64,000 bases of DNA from Salinispira sp. (GCA_965602015.1 OZ271918.1:256001-320000), one strand, 5' to 3'; positions 38,703 to 49,204 are shown, counted from the first letter of the stretch. The notes: generated from the letters alone by a model not told the origin. Made by a program: numbers and translations.

Positions 38703-40070
38703 TTAATCTTGGGCCACGTGGGGCTTGCGACGGAATTCGAGGGCTGCAGCGATTTCTTCCCGCTTTTCCCTGGTGATGGGATATGCCGTTGCCAGCAGAA
38801 TGGCGAAAAACAGCAATACCGCCGGAAAGGGGCCCATAAAAAAGCGGATGGTCTGCAGGGCTGACTGGGGCTGAACTATTGTCGAGCCAACCGGAGGAGT
38901 TATATAGCCCCTAAGGCTTAGGGCCTGTCCGATTATCCACAAAGCAATTCCCGTACCTGCCTTTTGAAAAAATGATGCGAACGCATAAAACGCGCCTTCC
39001 ATACGACGCCCGCTTTTTTGTTCTTCATGATCGATCAGATCGGGAATCATCGACCAGGGCACGACGTACGATGTTGCAATTCCCCAGCCGGAGCTGAGGG
39101 CGAGAGCAAAAATCAGAACGATCTGGCCTTCCCGCAGCAGACTGATGCCCATCAGCGTGAAAATCATTGCTCCTGAACCGAGCATGAAGCTCTGTTTTTT
39201 ATCGGCTTTCTTGGCGATCCAGACCACCAGGGGTATTGCAGCCATTGCGGCAACCTGGGTGACGACAATGACGTAGTCGGTCATATCGGGAAGATCCATA
39301 TTGTATCGAACGAAATAAATGAGCATAGATGCCAGGATGCTGCTCGCGGTCCAGGAAAGCAGGTAAAAGCCTATCATCATCCAGAACGGCTTTGACCGCA
39401 GCAGGGAAGCCAGGGACTCTTTCCGGATTTCCTGCGCTGGCCTATTATCCCGATACGGACCGGTGACGCCGATGACCACCAAAGGCGGAATGACCGTCAA
39501 TGCACCGAGAACCACACCCGCAAAGCGGAACAGCGCTGCCCGATCGGTGATATACCAGCCGATTACCGTAAGCGCGATAACCGCACCCAGATTTCCCAGT
39601 ATCTGGAAGAACATGCGGATACCGTGGAGACCCGACTGCTCATCGAAGTCGCCTGTCAACCTCGGAGTGATGCTGTTAAAGGCGATGTGCACGGTGGTGA
39701 ACGCCGTATCAAAGAGAATAATGGCAAAAGTATAGTACAATGCCTTGCCGAAATCCGGGAGATCCGGCACGAGCCACAGCAGCATAAAGCTCAGGCCTAG
39801 GGGCAAGGCTCCCCATGCCAGCAGAATCCGCCGTTTGCCAAATCGGCTTTCAACCCGGTCTGCCAGAATGCCGATGAGGGGATCATTAACCGCATCCCAA
39901 AGCTTACCGGCGAGAATGGCCCATCCCGCAAGAGCAGGGGACAACCTGGCCACATCGGTAAGAAAGTTCAGCTGAAAAAACAACACAATTGAAAGGGGAA
40001 TGGAGATGCTCAGGTCTCCTAGACTGAACAGGACTTTGGTGCGCAGGCTCGGCGCCGGTAGTATCGTCAT
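38703..40070 (-). CDS. GPH-family MFS transporter (MelB-like)
   Basis: WDAVNDPLIG...RFGKRR, SMIPDLID...RMEGAFY; about 12 hydrophobic segments. Confidence 0.88.
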   Translation of the reverse strand: MTILPAPSLRTKVLFSLGDLSISIPLSIVLFFQLNFLTDVARLSPALAGWAILAGKLWDAVNDPLIGILADRVESRFGKRRILLAWGALPLGLSFMLLWLVPDLPDFGKALYYTFAIILFDTAFTTVHIAFNSITPRLTGDFDEQSGLHGIRMFFQILGNLGAVIALTVIGWYITDRAALFRFAGVVLGALTVIPPLVVIGVTGPYRDNRPAQEIRKESLASLLRSKPFWMMIGFYLLSWTASSILASMLIYFVRYNMDLPDMTDYVIVVTQVAAMAAIPLVVWIAKKADKKQSFMLGSGAMIFTLMGISLLREGQIVLIFALALSSGWGIATSYVVPWSMIPDLIDHEEQKSGRRMEGAFYAFASFFQKAGTGIALWIIGQALSLRGYITPPVGSTIVQPQSALQTIRFFMGPFPAVLLFFAILLATAYPITREKREEIAAALEFRRKPHVAQD

Positions 40071-40119
40071 GTATCGTATTCTGACCTGATTTACGCCCTC
40101 TTGCAATGACGCGATGGTA

Positions 40120-40264
40120 GTGCCCCCAAAACAGCTGATTTGTGCGGTGTAACTCTTTGTGTGAAAATAAAAAAGTGGAGTTTTATCAAGGGCTTCAATG
40201 GATGACAGATAAATTACATCATGAAAAGGGATTACGCTGTTTAAATCAGCTGTTTTGGGGGCAC
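40120..40264. mobile_element. Short TIR-bounded non-autonomous element, copy B (145 bp)
   Basis: Perfect TIRs GTGCCCCCAAAACAGCTGATTT / AAATCAGCTGTTTTGGGGGCAC; flanks GTA / TAC. Confidence 0.9.
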
Positions 40265-40302
40265 TACAAACTGCTTTACAGCCGGCGCCCTCAGGCCATA
40301 GG

Positions 40303-41442
40303 ATGAAGCCTATGCAGGTAACAGTCGATCCGGTGACCTCCCGCCGGGATATGATGGATTTTGTGTATTTACCCAGAAAGCTCTACCGAGGAACCCCATG
40401 GGTTCCCCCGATCTGGTTAGACGAGAGACGGGGATACAAAAAGAAGACCAATCCTATCCTTGCTAACTCCGAATTTACCCTCTTACTTGCCCGGCGCAGC
40501 GGAAGGGTTGTGGGTCGCGTCCTGGTATACCTGGATCATAGCTGGAACGAGCACTTTGACGTCATGGATGGGCTGTTCGGCGCTCTCGATGCAGAAAGTG
40601 ATCCAGATGTGTACCGTGCGCTTCTCGAGGAAGCGGCACGTTGGTTACGTGCGAGGGGAGCTGAGCGGATGTTGGGACCCATCCATCCTGTTGCGGAGTT
40701 TTGGGGATTTCTGGTCGAAGGTTTTGAGGCGCCGCCGGTTTTTCTCACCCCCTGGAATCCCCCGTCAGCCGACGCATGTATCAAAGCGGCGGGTTTTGAA
40801 AAAGCCATGGATCTCCTGGCTTACGAAGCCGACTGCTCAAATGGGTATGTATTGAATAAGCGGTATGAGGACTTTTACCGGCGCTTTCGCTCGAGAAACA
40901 CCCGGTTTATCATCCGTCGGATTGATCAAAAGCGCTTCATGGAGGATGCCGAGCATATTTGGCGGATAACCGACCACAGTCTCGCGAATAACTGGGGATA
41001 CGTGCCGGTTCCCCGTGATGTGTTTCTCGATATGGTCAAGCGTTTGAAAGTAATCGTCGATCCGGAAGCAGTGCTTTTTGTTGAAAAAGACGGCGAACCC
41101 ATCGGCTATGCCCTGGGTTTTCCCGACGTCAATGAGCCTATCTCACAAATCAGGGGTAGGCTTTTGCCCTTCGGGTGGTTGTGGCTCCTTCTGCGGCGTC
41201 GGTCCCTCAAAACATATCGGCTGTTTGGGTTGGGCGTACTGCCGGAATATCATGGCATGGGGCTGGATGCGCTGATGTATGTTCATCTCGCACGGAGCCT
41301 TTCTCCCAAGGGAATCCGCCTGGAGGCCAACTGGATTCTTGAAAACAATCTTCCCATGAACAATGCGCTAAAGCGACTCGGATTGCGGCAGAGCAAACGA
41401 TACCGCCTTTACGAGCGGCCGCTTAGCCGCCGTATCAGGTAG
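40303..41442 (+). CDS. GNAT-fold acyltransferase (YghO / bacterial ceramide synthase-like family)
   Basis: WVPP...NP...VGRV...GFLVEGFEAPP...PWNP...NWGYVP...PDVN...GVLPEY...WILENN. Confidence 0.7.
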   Translation: MKPMQVTVDPVTSRRDMMDFVYLPRKLYRGTPWVPPIWLDERRGYKKKTNPILANSEFTLLLARRSGRVVGRVLVYLDHSWNEHFDVMDGLFGALDAESDPDVYRALLEEAARWLRARGAERMLGPIHPVAEFWGFLVEGFEAPPVFLTPWNPPSADACIKAAGFEKAMDLLAYEADCSNGYVLNKRYEDFYRRFRSRNTRFIIRRIDQKRFMEDAEHIWRITDHSLANNWGYVPVPRDVFLDMVKRLKVIVDPEAVLFVEKDGEPIGYALGFPDVNEPISQIRGRLLPFGWLWLLLRRRSLKTYRLFGLGVLPEYHGMGLDALMYVHLARSLSPKGIRLEANWILENNLPMNNALKRLGLRQSKRYRLYERPLSRRIR

Positions 41443-43796
41443 AGCCGGGAGCTAAAATCCCCCATAATCCGAACGCGTTCATTGAATCCGGTGCCGGTGA
41501 ACTGATTATACGGTCTGAAACCCGCATACATCAGCTCATCTCCTCCTGCCTTGACCTTCTGCATTTCGCCGGGAAACAGATAGTTGTCGGAGATGACCTT
41601 GTGTGCCAATCCGCGGATTCCCGAGGACTGCACTTCAAAGGGAACGTAGTCATTGATGAGCTCACCGAAACGGGCAATGTTCATGTAGTGGGGAAGCGTT
41701 TCAATTTCGTAGCTGGCATCAGGATCGAGATCGCGCAGCCGAATGGTTTCATAGACTGCAGCGGGATGCTGAATCTGCTGGAAGTACAGGAGCATACCCT
41801 GCTGGCCATCGGGATCCATCACCTGCCATATCGCCAGATTCGATTCGAAGGGCGAAGCCAGTCTGAGCCAGGAGCCAAACTGGAACAGCGTGCGATGGGC
41901 TTTGTACAATGCGACCTGCTTCGCAATTACCTTCTTCTCAAAAGGCGATAGCTTGGTGAGATTGAGCTCATAGCCCAACGCCCCGATTGCGGCAACATGG
42001 AATCTGGTTTCCAGGTCGTTACTCCTCAATACCTGATGTGAAGGATCCGAGCCCACATGGGATCCGGCGCAGTGCTGGGGGTAAAGCCAACTACTGCCGT
42101 GCTGAATTCGGACTCTGCTGCCGGGGTCGGTATTATCGCTTGTCCATGTCTGGGGCATAAAATAGAGCATGCCGCAGTCGAATCGGCTTCCTCCGCTGGC
42201 GCAGCTCTCGAAGAGGATTTCCGGCCAGGCCCTGGTGAGCCGCCCCAAAAGCTCGTACAAGCCCAGAATATAGCGGTGGGCCAGTTCTCCCTGGGATGCT
42301 GCCTCCAGGGCAGCTGAGAAATGATCCGAGACGGCGCGGTTCATATCCCACTTAACGTAGGCCGGACGACAGGTTTGGAAGAGCTCGTTCAACGTTTGCT
42401 CGAGGTGATCTATCACCTCGGAGTTTGTGAGATCTAGAATGAGCTGATTGCGCCCCAGGCTGGCTTTCCTACCAGGTACAGTGATGGCCCATTCCGGATG
42501 CGATCTGTATAAATCGCTGTCCGGCGAAACCATCTCGGGTTCCACCCAGATACCGAACTCCAGACCGAGCTTGCGCACCTTCGCCGAAAGAGATTCCAGT
42601 CCTCCCGGGAGCTTGTCCGTATCGGCCCTCCAGTCGCCAAGGGAACTGGTATCGTCATTTCGCCCAACAAACCACCCGTCGTCCAGCACAAACAGTTCCA
42701 TACCCAGGTCGGCACCAGCCTTCGCGAGTTTCATCAGTTTTGCTTCATTGAAGTCGAAGTACATGGCCTCCCAGCTGTTAAAGAGGATGGGCCGGGGCTT
42801 TCCCCTCCATGCGGGATGAATCAGGTAATCGCCGATATACCGGTGGAAATTAGCGCTCATACCGGAAAATCCCCGGTGACTAAAACTCATTATCGCTTCA
42901 GGGCTTGCAAAGATTTCTCCCGGATTGAGATTCCAGGAAAAGTCATCTTCAGCGATTCCCAGCTGAACACGGACCAGCTGGTGCGAGTTTTTCTCAACAA
43001 GGATCTGATGATTACCGCTATAAACCAGGGAAAACCCCCAGCAGTCCCCGCTTTCTTCGTTGCACCCCGGTCGGGATAGGGCGACAAACGGATTGTGTTC
43101 GGCACCGGAGCTCATTCGTCTTGAACCAAAATGAAGCTGACCAAAGGGCACTTCCCCCCATTGCAGCTGTTTTTCAGCTATCCACTTTCCCGGAAGACTG
43201 TACCACCGGTAATCATCCGGCGGAAGATCCAGGCTTGTTGACATAATACGCTCAAGACTGATGCCCTCGGTTTCGGCAACAACCCGTACCTGACGGGTAA
43301 TAATATCGCAGGATTCAAGTACCCGGTAGATAAGCTCGATTGCAGGATTGCCGGACCGATCTCTTAACCTGATAATCAAGGTGGCATCGCCGGTTCCGGC
43401 CGATGGAAGCGGGTTCACCCTGGGACGGGTTCCCGGAAGGGGGGCGATTGGAGGCAGGATGTCATCAATTATTTCATGGGAATCATAAATGAAATCGCCG
43501 ACCCGGTCGCCGTTTTTCCGGCGTATCTCAATTGCCGGACTGCGGTAATCACCTTTGCCGCCGCCGGGAAACTCAAGCATGCTTGTCTCAAGGTTAACTC
43601 CTGGATAGTCGGAAGAGTAGGCAGTCTCCGCACCGGGCATAAACTCGAAGTGTCTTATCATATCCCCATAGTTGCCGGGGGGAGAAATACGCCGTCCGTA
43701 ATAGAGCTGAGTCGGGTGCCCGCTTGAAAGCAGGCCGAGGATATAGCTGCTGTTGTTAGTTTGTAAATGAAAAAAATTATTTGAAGCACTGATCAT
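41409..43796 (-). CDS. GH36 alpha-galactosidase
   Basis: NSWEAMYF, FVLDDGWF, FGIWVEPEMV, YVKWDMNR, ESCASGG, WTSDNTD. Confidence 0.95.
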   Translation of the reverse strand: MISASNNFFHLQTNNSSYILGLLSSGHPTQLYYGRRISPPGNYGDMIRHFEFMPGAETAYSSDYPGVNLETSMLEFPGGGKGDYRSPAIEIRRKNGDRVGDFIYDSHEIIDDILPPIAPLPGTRPRVNPLPSAGTGDATLIIRLRDRSGNPAIELIYRVLESCDIITRQVRVVAETEGISLERIMSTSLDLPPDDYRWYSLPGKWIAEKQLQWGEVPFGQLHFGSRRMSSGAEHNPFVALSRPGCNEESGDCWGFSLVYSGNHQILVEKNSHQLVRVQLGIAEDDFSWNLNPGEIFASPEAIMSFSHRGFSGMSANFHRYIGDYLIHPAWRGKPRPILFNSWEAMYFDFNEAKLMKLAKAGADLGMELFVLDDGWFVGRNDDTSSLGDWRADTDKLPGGLESLSAKVRKLGLEFGIWVEPEMVSPDSDLYRSHPEWAITVPGRKASLGRNQLILDLTNSEVIDHLEQTLNELFQTCRPAYVKWDMNRAVSDHFSAALEAASQGELAHRYILGLYELLGRLTRAWPEILFESCASGGSRFDCGMLYFMPQTWTSDNTDPGSRVRIQHGSSWLYPQHCAGSHVGSDPSHQVLRSNDLETRFHVAAIGALGYELNLTKLSPFEKKVIAKQVALYKAHRTLFQFGSWLRLASPFESNLAIWQVMDPDGQQGMLLYFQQIQHPAAVYETIRLRDLDPDASYEIETLPHYMNIARFGELINDYVPFEVQSSGIRGLAHKVISDNYLFPGEMQKVKAGGDELMYAGFRPYNQFTGTGFNERVRIMGDFSSRLYLIRRLSGRS

Positions 43797-45412
43797 GAGT
43801 TTTCGCCACCGGACGTATCCGCTGCCTGTTCCTTTTCATGAGATGTGATTATCCCCGGGATTTGAATATAAATCGAAGTTCCATCGGTGCCGCTTTCGAT
43901 GCTCACTGTGCCGCCCAGCCGCTGAATGATATTAAACACGATGTTGAGTCCCAATCCCGTTCCGCCCCGGCCACGCTTGGTTGTCACGAATGGCTCAAAC
44001 GCTGTTTTGCGAATACCCTCGTCCATGCCGACGCCGTTATCAGAAAAAATGATGTTCAAATCCGACTTGTGAACTTCCAGCGCAATATGGATACGTGGTT
44101 CCCGTTCCAGAGAGGCAGGGAATGCGTGATTGAGGGAATTTTGGACCAAATTTGAGAAAATCTGCCAGAAAGCCCCGGGATGAGAATGCACCTCGATTTG
44201 TTCAGGACCTTCGACCGCTATCTCTTTGACGTGGCGTTTGACCTGATTGTATAAGCTGCTGAGAATCTCAGACAAATAGCTGCAAAAATCAAAATCCCGT
44301 TTTTCATCGACGAGCTGATCTGCGCTGACTTCCTTGAAACTTTGTACCAGCATCTGAGCCCGATTCAAATTCCCTTCAAGGATATCCAGGCTTTCCCGGG
44401 ATTTCTTGAGGATTTGCTCCATCTCAGTTTTTGTGAGGGTGCCTGCGCGGAACTTCTGCTCCATTTGCTGAAGTTCAAAACCAAGAAAACTCGCCGAAGT
44501 TATCCCCACCCCCAATGGAGTGTTTATTTCATGAGCCACGCCGGCCACAACCGAACCGAGACTTGCCAACTTTTCCGATTCGATGAGCTGATGCTGAGTG
44601 TGCTGAAGCATCTCGATATTGTACTCCAAAGCTTTTGTGCGTTCCACAACCCGGTTTTCCAGTTCCCTGGCGAAGTTACTGATTCTATCCGCCATGGTGT
44701 TGAAGCTGTCGCCGAGCATTGCAATTTCATCCCTGCCGTCATAGGTAAATCGCCGATGAAAATCACCAGAACCGAACTCTCCGACCGTCTCCACAAGTCG
44801 CGTGATTGGCGTTGTCAGTCCCCTGCTGAACAGTCGGATTAGCAAAATTGAAACGGCAATAATGAATAAACCCGAAGAGCCAAATCCTATAAGCAACAGA
44901 GTCACTGGTCGGTACAGGTCCGGAATATCTATCTGAATACCCACAAGCATGTTCCAGGGATGAAAATACCGGAAAATATGCAGAATCCTGGAATCACGCA
45001 CAACATATAGGTCTTGAGCGATAGGCAAATGACTTAAATCCCGGTTATCAAGAATGCTAAGAAACGCATCCGGAGCTGCCGGCGCGATGAGAAAGCCGTT
45101 TCGTTCCCGAGTGTACAAAACGAAGCTTGCGTCTCGCAAATCAATATTCTGAATTGCTTCGACAATTCTTGCCTGCCGGGTTTGCCGAAAAAAAACATCA
45201 TTCTGAATTCCTGCGGATTCCAGCAAACTATAGCCGTCGCTGAGCAGGAGATATGCCTGGTCAAGTTGTAGTTCGAGCACGGACTGCCGGGAGGAGATTA
45301 TGATTCTGGGGACCGTTAGGGAGATCAGGGCTGTCATAAATAGCACCGGTGCGATTATTAGCGGAAGAAAGCTGAGTTGGAGTTTGGTAGCATAAGGATA
45401 TTTGTTCAGCAT
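43793..45412 (-). CDS. HAMP sensor histidine kinase
   Basis: Two TM segments, HAMP, VAGVAHEINTPLG, NSLNHAF, GGTGLGL. Confidence 0.92.
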   Translation of the reverse strand: MLNKYPYATKLQLSFLPLIIAPVLFMTALISLTVPRIIISSRQSVLELQLDQAYLLLSDGYSLLESAGIQNDVFFRQTRQARIVEAIQNIDLRDASFVLYTRERNGFLIAPAAPDAFLSILDNRDLSHLPIAQDLYVVRDSRILHIFRYFHPWNMLVGIQIDIPDLYRPVTLLLIGFGSSGLFIIAVSILLIRLFSRGLTTPITRLVETVGEFGSGDFHRRFTYDGRDEIAMLGDSFNTMADRISNFARELENRVVERTKALEYNIEMLQHTQHQLIESEKLASLGSVVAGVAHEINTPLGVGITSASFLGFELQQMEQKFRAGTLTKTEMEQILKKSRESLDILEGNLNRAQMLVQSFKEVSADQLVDEKRDFDFCSYLSEILSSLYNQVKRHVKEIAVEGPEQIEVHSHPGAFWQIFSNLVQNSLNHAFPASLEREPRIHIALEVHKSDLNIIFSDNGVGMDEGIRKTAFEPFVTTKRGRGGTGLGLNIVFNIIQRLGGTVSIESGTDGTSIYIQIPGIITSHEKEQAADTSGGENS

Positions 45413-45452
45413 GCTCAAACCTCTGCAGAAAACCTATGGTGGGCGAAATATA

Positions 45453-45598
45453 GTGCCCCCAAAACAGCTGATTTAAACTCCCTAATTATTGCTCTTGCAA
45501 AAATGTACAAGCGAACCAACATATGAACGTTCGGCTCATTACATTATTTCTTTACATGATAGTATTTGCACCATCCCCATCAGCTGTTTTGGGGGCAC
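45453..45598. mobile_element. Short TIR-bounded non-autonomous element, copy C (146 bp, opposite orientation to A and B)
   Basis: Perfect 20-bp TIRs flanked by TA on both sides; the TTTAAAC-bearing end is on the left. Confidence 0.9.
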
Positions 45599-45635
45599 TA
45601 AGTAAAGTCTAAGCTATTGAAATAAGTTTTGACCA

Positions 45636-46331
45636 CTACTGCTCAGCTTTGTCCTTCTTCGCCCGGATCTTCCGGTAGAGCACCGGCACCAGGCTGATTA
45701 TCCCGAGAAATATTAACGCGAGTTGAATTTCAATGGTCAGCGGTGACTCGCCTTCTTGGAGGGTGGTGCCGGCGAACCCGAGATAGGTGTAAACAAAACT
45801 GCCGGGGATAATCCCCACAACAGTAGTCCAAAGGAAGGTACTGACTTTCACGGTAGTGAAGCCCGGAAGCAGGTTCACCAGAAAAAACGGGAATATCGGA
45901 ATAAACCGGAGCGTGAGCAGATATGAGCTGCCGTTTTGCTCTATTTCACGATTAAAACGGCTGAGTTTCTCACCGTATTTCTCCTGAACCTGACTTCCGA
46001 GGAAGTATCGGGCTGCAAGAAAGATTGCAAGGGCGCCGGTGCTCGCGCCAATGTTTACCAGGAGAGTTCCCAGGATCGGACCGAAAAGAAAACCGCCGCT
46101 GAGGGTCAGGAGTGTCGCACCGGGAATGCTCAATGCGACGGTGACAAAGTACAACAGCACAAATGCTATTGCAGATAACAGCAGTCGCTGGCTAACCTGC
46201 TCGAGCAGCTGATCCCTGGCCTCGTAGATCCTGCCGGGATCTATCGCATCGAGATATCCCTGTGATCTCGCCCAAAAGAATCCGCCAACAACAACTGCCA
46301 GTACTACCGCGAGTATGATTATTTTTTTCAT
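45636..46331 (-). CDS. TVP38/TMEM64 (DedA/VTT) membrane protein
   Basis: IPGATLLTLSGGFLFG, LRFIPIFPFFLVN, GIIPGSFVY. Confidence 0.9.
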   Translation of the reverse strand: MKKIIILAVVLAVVVGGFFWARSQGYLDAIDPGRIYEARDQLLEQVSQRLLLSAIAFVLLYFVTVALSIPGATLLTLSGGFLFGPILGTLLVNIGASTGALAIFLAARYFLGSQVQEKYGEKLSRFNREIEQNGSSYLLTLRFIPIFPFFLVNLLPGFTTVKVSTFLWTTVVGIIPGSFVYTYLGFAGTTLQEGESPLTIEIQLALIFLGIISLVPVLYRKIRAKKDKAEQ

Positions 46332-47125
46332 TAGAATTCTCCTGTGAATAAACCGCGTTTGCGGTAATAGCGTTTGAGCGCACCCTCGAGGATGCCATAC
46401 AGCGTTACGGGGATGGTGATAAAAATAAGGATTAATGCTGCGCTAATGGTCCAATCCGATGCCCGTATGAGGGGAACCAGATATCCGGAGTATGACGGTA
46501 CCAGTCCGCCTCCGATTAAGAATACCAGGAAGTACTCGGTGAAGGCTACTAAAAACACAACCATGCCGCCTGAGAGAAGAGCCGGAAGAAGCTGTGGTAT
46601 ATGCACGCTGACAATCCGCTTGAGGCTTCCCGCTCCCAGCATGGCGGCGCAGTTTTCCAAATCTTCCGTGTATGAAAGAAATCCTGAATATAAAGCGCGA
46701 AACATGTAGGGAAAGGAGCTGAGGCTGAGCACCAGTACAACCCCAAAAAAACTGTCGCTGATCCCCGCTCGAAGAAATAGTGGATAGAGGCCTAATGCGA
46801 ATACCACAGCCGGCACCAGGAGCGGGGCGAGAATCATGAGCTCGATGATATCCTTTCCCCGCAGATCTCTTCGGGCCAGCACGTGAGCCGCAGGCATGCT
46901 GATAAGTGTGCAGAGGAAAACCGTTGCCCCACTGTAGGAAACCGATGAAATCAAACTCCTGACGAGGGGCCGGCGATTGTCCGCCATGAATTCAAGAGCC
47001 CTGAAGCTCAACTGACGGGGAAGCAGTTCGGGAAAAGCCCACAGTCCGCTGATACTCCTGATAATTAGGTAAATAGGAGGAATAAGTGAGAGAATGATAA
47101 AAATCACCCTCCATCCGGTTTTCAT
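46331..47125 (-). CDS. ABC transporter permease (YnjC-like, C-terminal half)
   Basis: WAFPELLP, EAA-like LENCAAMLGA, EYFLVFLIGGG; start ATG 47125. Confidence 0.82.
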   Translation of the reverse strand: MKTGWRVIFIILSLIPPIYLIIRSISGLWAFPELLPRQLSFRALEFMADNRRPLVRSLISSVSYSGATVFLCTLISMPAAHVLARRDLRGKDIIELMILAPLLVPAVVFALGLYPLFLRAGISDSFFGVVLVLSLSSFPYMFRALYSGFLSYTEDLENCAAMLGAGSLKRIVSVHIPQLLPALLSGGMVVFLVAFTEYFLVFLIGGGLVPSYSGYLVPLIRASDWTISAALILIFITIPVTLYGILEGALKRYYRKRGLFTGEF

Positions 47126-47979
47126 CGGTGGCCTCCTGAGCTCCCGCGCATAATGTCCCCGAGGCCTCGGCGCAGGACGGCGAAGATTACCAGAATTATC
47201 AGAGAAACCACCCATACAAGAAGCAAAAGCAGAAGGGCCTGAGGGCGTTGGGAAAGGCTTCCTTCGAAGAACAGACGGTATGCCCGGATTGATGCCATCG
47301 GTCTTGATGTTGAGCCGAGCAGGAAAGGTATATCGAATGAACCGAAGGAATACAGAAAAATTATCAGTCCAGAAACTGCGAGGTTTGAGCTGATGGCAGG
47401 CAGAATTACCGTGGTAAAGCGTCTGAGCGAACCTGCGCCAAGGATTTTTGCCGTGGTTAGCAAACGGCGGTCCAGTTTGCGCAGCGATGCAAGGACCATC
47501 AGCGTGACGAAGGCACTTTCTTTGTAAATATAGGCGAGGATAATGCCGGTACCTCTTTGATCGAATACCAGTACCGGAAAACTGTCGAGGGTTTGTGTGA
47601 TTCCGACATGGAATAGAAAGCTGGAGATCAATCCGCTTTGGGAAAAAAAAGCGATTACAAAAAATGCCGCGACAATATGCGGAATGATCAACGGGAAGGT
47701 ATACAAATACACCGGGAAGGTCCGAGGCTGCTGCCAGAGCCAGAGAGCAAGGCCGCCGCCCAACAGCAATGATATGGCCGTCGAGACTGCGGCGATTTCC
47801 AGGGAGTACCACAGGGAGGCAAAAGCCTCGGAACCAGCTTCCGAGAGTACTTCTGTTCCTGAGGAAAGGAGACTAATGCCCGCGTAAGCCGCACCGGCAA
47901 ACAACACCAAAACCGATGCCGTTAGTGCCGGTATTAGCGCAAGCAGGGAGGCCTCCTGTGACTTAGTTCCCCAGGACAT
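47122..47979 (-). CDS. ABC transporter permease
   Basis: PLIIPHIVAAF, AKILGAG, SFGSFDIPFLLG. Confidence 0.85.
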   Translation of the reverse strand: MSWGTKSQEASLLALIPALTASVLVLFAGAAYAGISLLSSGTEVLSEAGSEAFASLWYSLEIAAVSTAISLLLGGGLALWLWQQPRTFPVYLYTFPLIIPHIVAAFFVIAFFSQSGLISSFLFHVGITQTLDSFPVLVFDQRGTGIILAYIYKESAFVTLMVLASLRKLDRRLLTTAKILGAGSLRRFTTVILPAISSNLAVSGLIIFLYSFGSFDIPFLLGSTSRPMASIRAYRLFFEGSLSQRPQALLLLLLVWVVSLIILVIFAVLRRGLGDIMRGSSGGHR

Positions 47980-49201
47980 GCTCCTCCCAGCCCTGTTCTA
48001 GCGCTTCAAGATACTCGGAGGAAATCTCCGGTACCGCATTGGCGCTTAGCACATCAAGAGCCAGGGTCGCATCACCCAAATCAAGGGCGGCGAAGCGCTC
48101 GGCGTCTTCCCTGGGAAGCCGCCCGATATCCAATACGGTAAAATCGCCCCAGTTTGCCGGATCGTTTTTGGATAGCTGCAGCTCGGGACCGATGATTTCA
48201 TTAATGGCTACCAGGGCCCCGGCCTTGTTTGGAGAGTTGAACGGGATTGCGAGGTAGTGGGTATTTGATAAACTGGCATTTTGAAAAACGAAGGTTCTCA
48301 CGCTTTCGGGATAGCGGCCTTGAGTGATTTTGCTTGCTGCGCCGGTCTGGGTGAAGGTCATGTTAAAACTCACCTCGCCCCGTTCGAAAAGACCGTCAAG
48401 CTGTGCCAAATCCGCCGGATATGTTTGACCTTCCCGCCAAAGATAGGGTTCCAGTTCATTGAGATATTCCCAGAGCCTGGGAGCATTTGCCTCAAAAAGA
48501 GCGGGATCAAAATCTCCGGCATACTGTTCATGGCCACCGGTAAGCTCATAAAAAGCCTGCCTGATAAAGGCTGAACCGGTAAAATCCGGCGGCTGAGGAT
48601 ACGTCATCCGGCCCGGGTTTTCCCTGACCCACTCGAGTAACTCAGCATAGCTGCTCGGGGGATCAGCGATCACCGCCGAATCATATTCCATAACGAACTG
48701 CGCTCTACCGTAAGGGGCTTCCCAGCCGTCCACCGGGAACCCTGCATCGCTCACCGCGGTTGCCGGATCGACGAATGCGTTGAAGTTCGGGAGCCTATCG
48801 GTGAAGGGTCCGAATAAGATCTCTCCCTCCCTGGCGTTTTTAAAATTTTCACCGTTGATCCATAAAATATCCATCACGCCTTGATTACGTCCTGCCTCTC
48901 TCTCAGTCAAAAGGCGGTTCACAAAAACAGATGCGTCCATCGGGACCCGGGTGAGGGTGATATCGTGCTCGTCCTTCAAATGTTGGGCCATTTCGGTGTC
49001 CACCCAATCATTAATAAGCGGTGAACCACCCCACATGTAAAATCGAACCTCAGTGCCTCGGGCTTGCTCGATGATGGACGAGAAATCAGATTCGAGTAGG
49101 TTGGATTCATCACCTGAGCCGTTGTTCCCGCAGGCGGAAAACAGAATAAGCACAGTAAATAGTAGCAGAACGGCTGATGCCGCAGGCCCGGGTTTGTTCA
49201 T
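47963..49201 (-). CDS. ABC transporter substrate-binding lipoprotein (YnjB-like)
   Basis: Lipobox FSAC; FYMWGG, DILWINGENF, TYPQPPDFTG, NTHYLAIPFN. Confidence 0.85.
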   Translation of the reverse strand: MNKPGPAASAVLLLFTVLILFSACGNNGSGDESNLLESDFSSIIEQARGTEVRFYMWGGSPLINDWVDTEMAQHLKDEHDITLTRVPMDASVFVNRLLTEREAGRNQGVMDILWINGENFKNAREGEILFGPFTDRLPNFNAFVDPATAVSDAGFPVDGWEAPYGRAQFVMEYDSAVIADPPSSYAELLEWVRENPGRMTYPQPPDFTGSAFIRQAFYELTGGHEQYAGDFDPALFEANAPRLWEYLNELEPYLWREGQTYPADLAQLDGLFERGEVSFNMTFTQTGAASKITQGRYPESVRTFVFQNASLSNTHYLAIPFNSPNKAGALVAINEIIGPELQLSKNDPANWGDFTVLDIGRLPREDAERFAALDLGDATLALDVLSANAVPEISSEYLEALEQGWEEHVLGN

Positions 49202-49204
49202 TGT

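Noticed and set aside
40120..45598. Integron attC sites
   Set aside because: No RYYYAAC/GTTRRRY ends, interiors are not self-complementary, flanking genes are not co-oriented, and no integron integrase is present.
47126..47812. Upstream part of the 493-aa ORF, suggesting a frameshift or fusion
   Set aside because: It overlaps the 47122..47979 permease in another frame; the real permease starts at ATG 47125 with an ATGA overlap.
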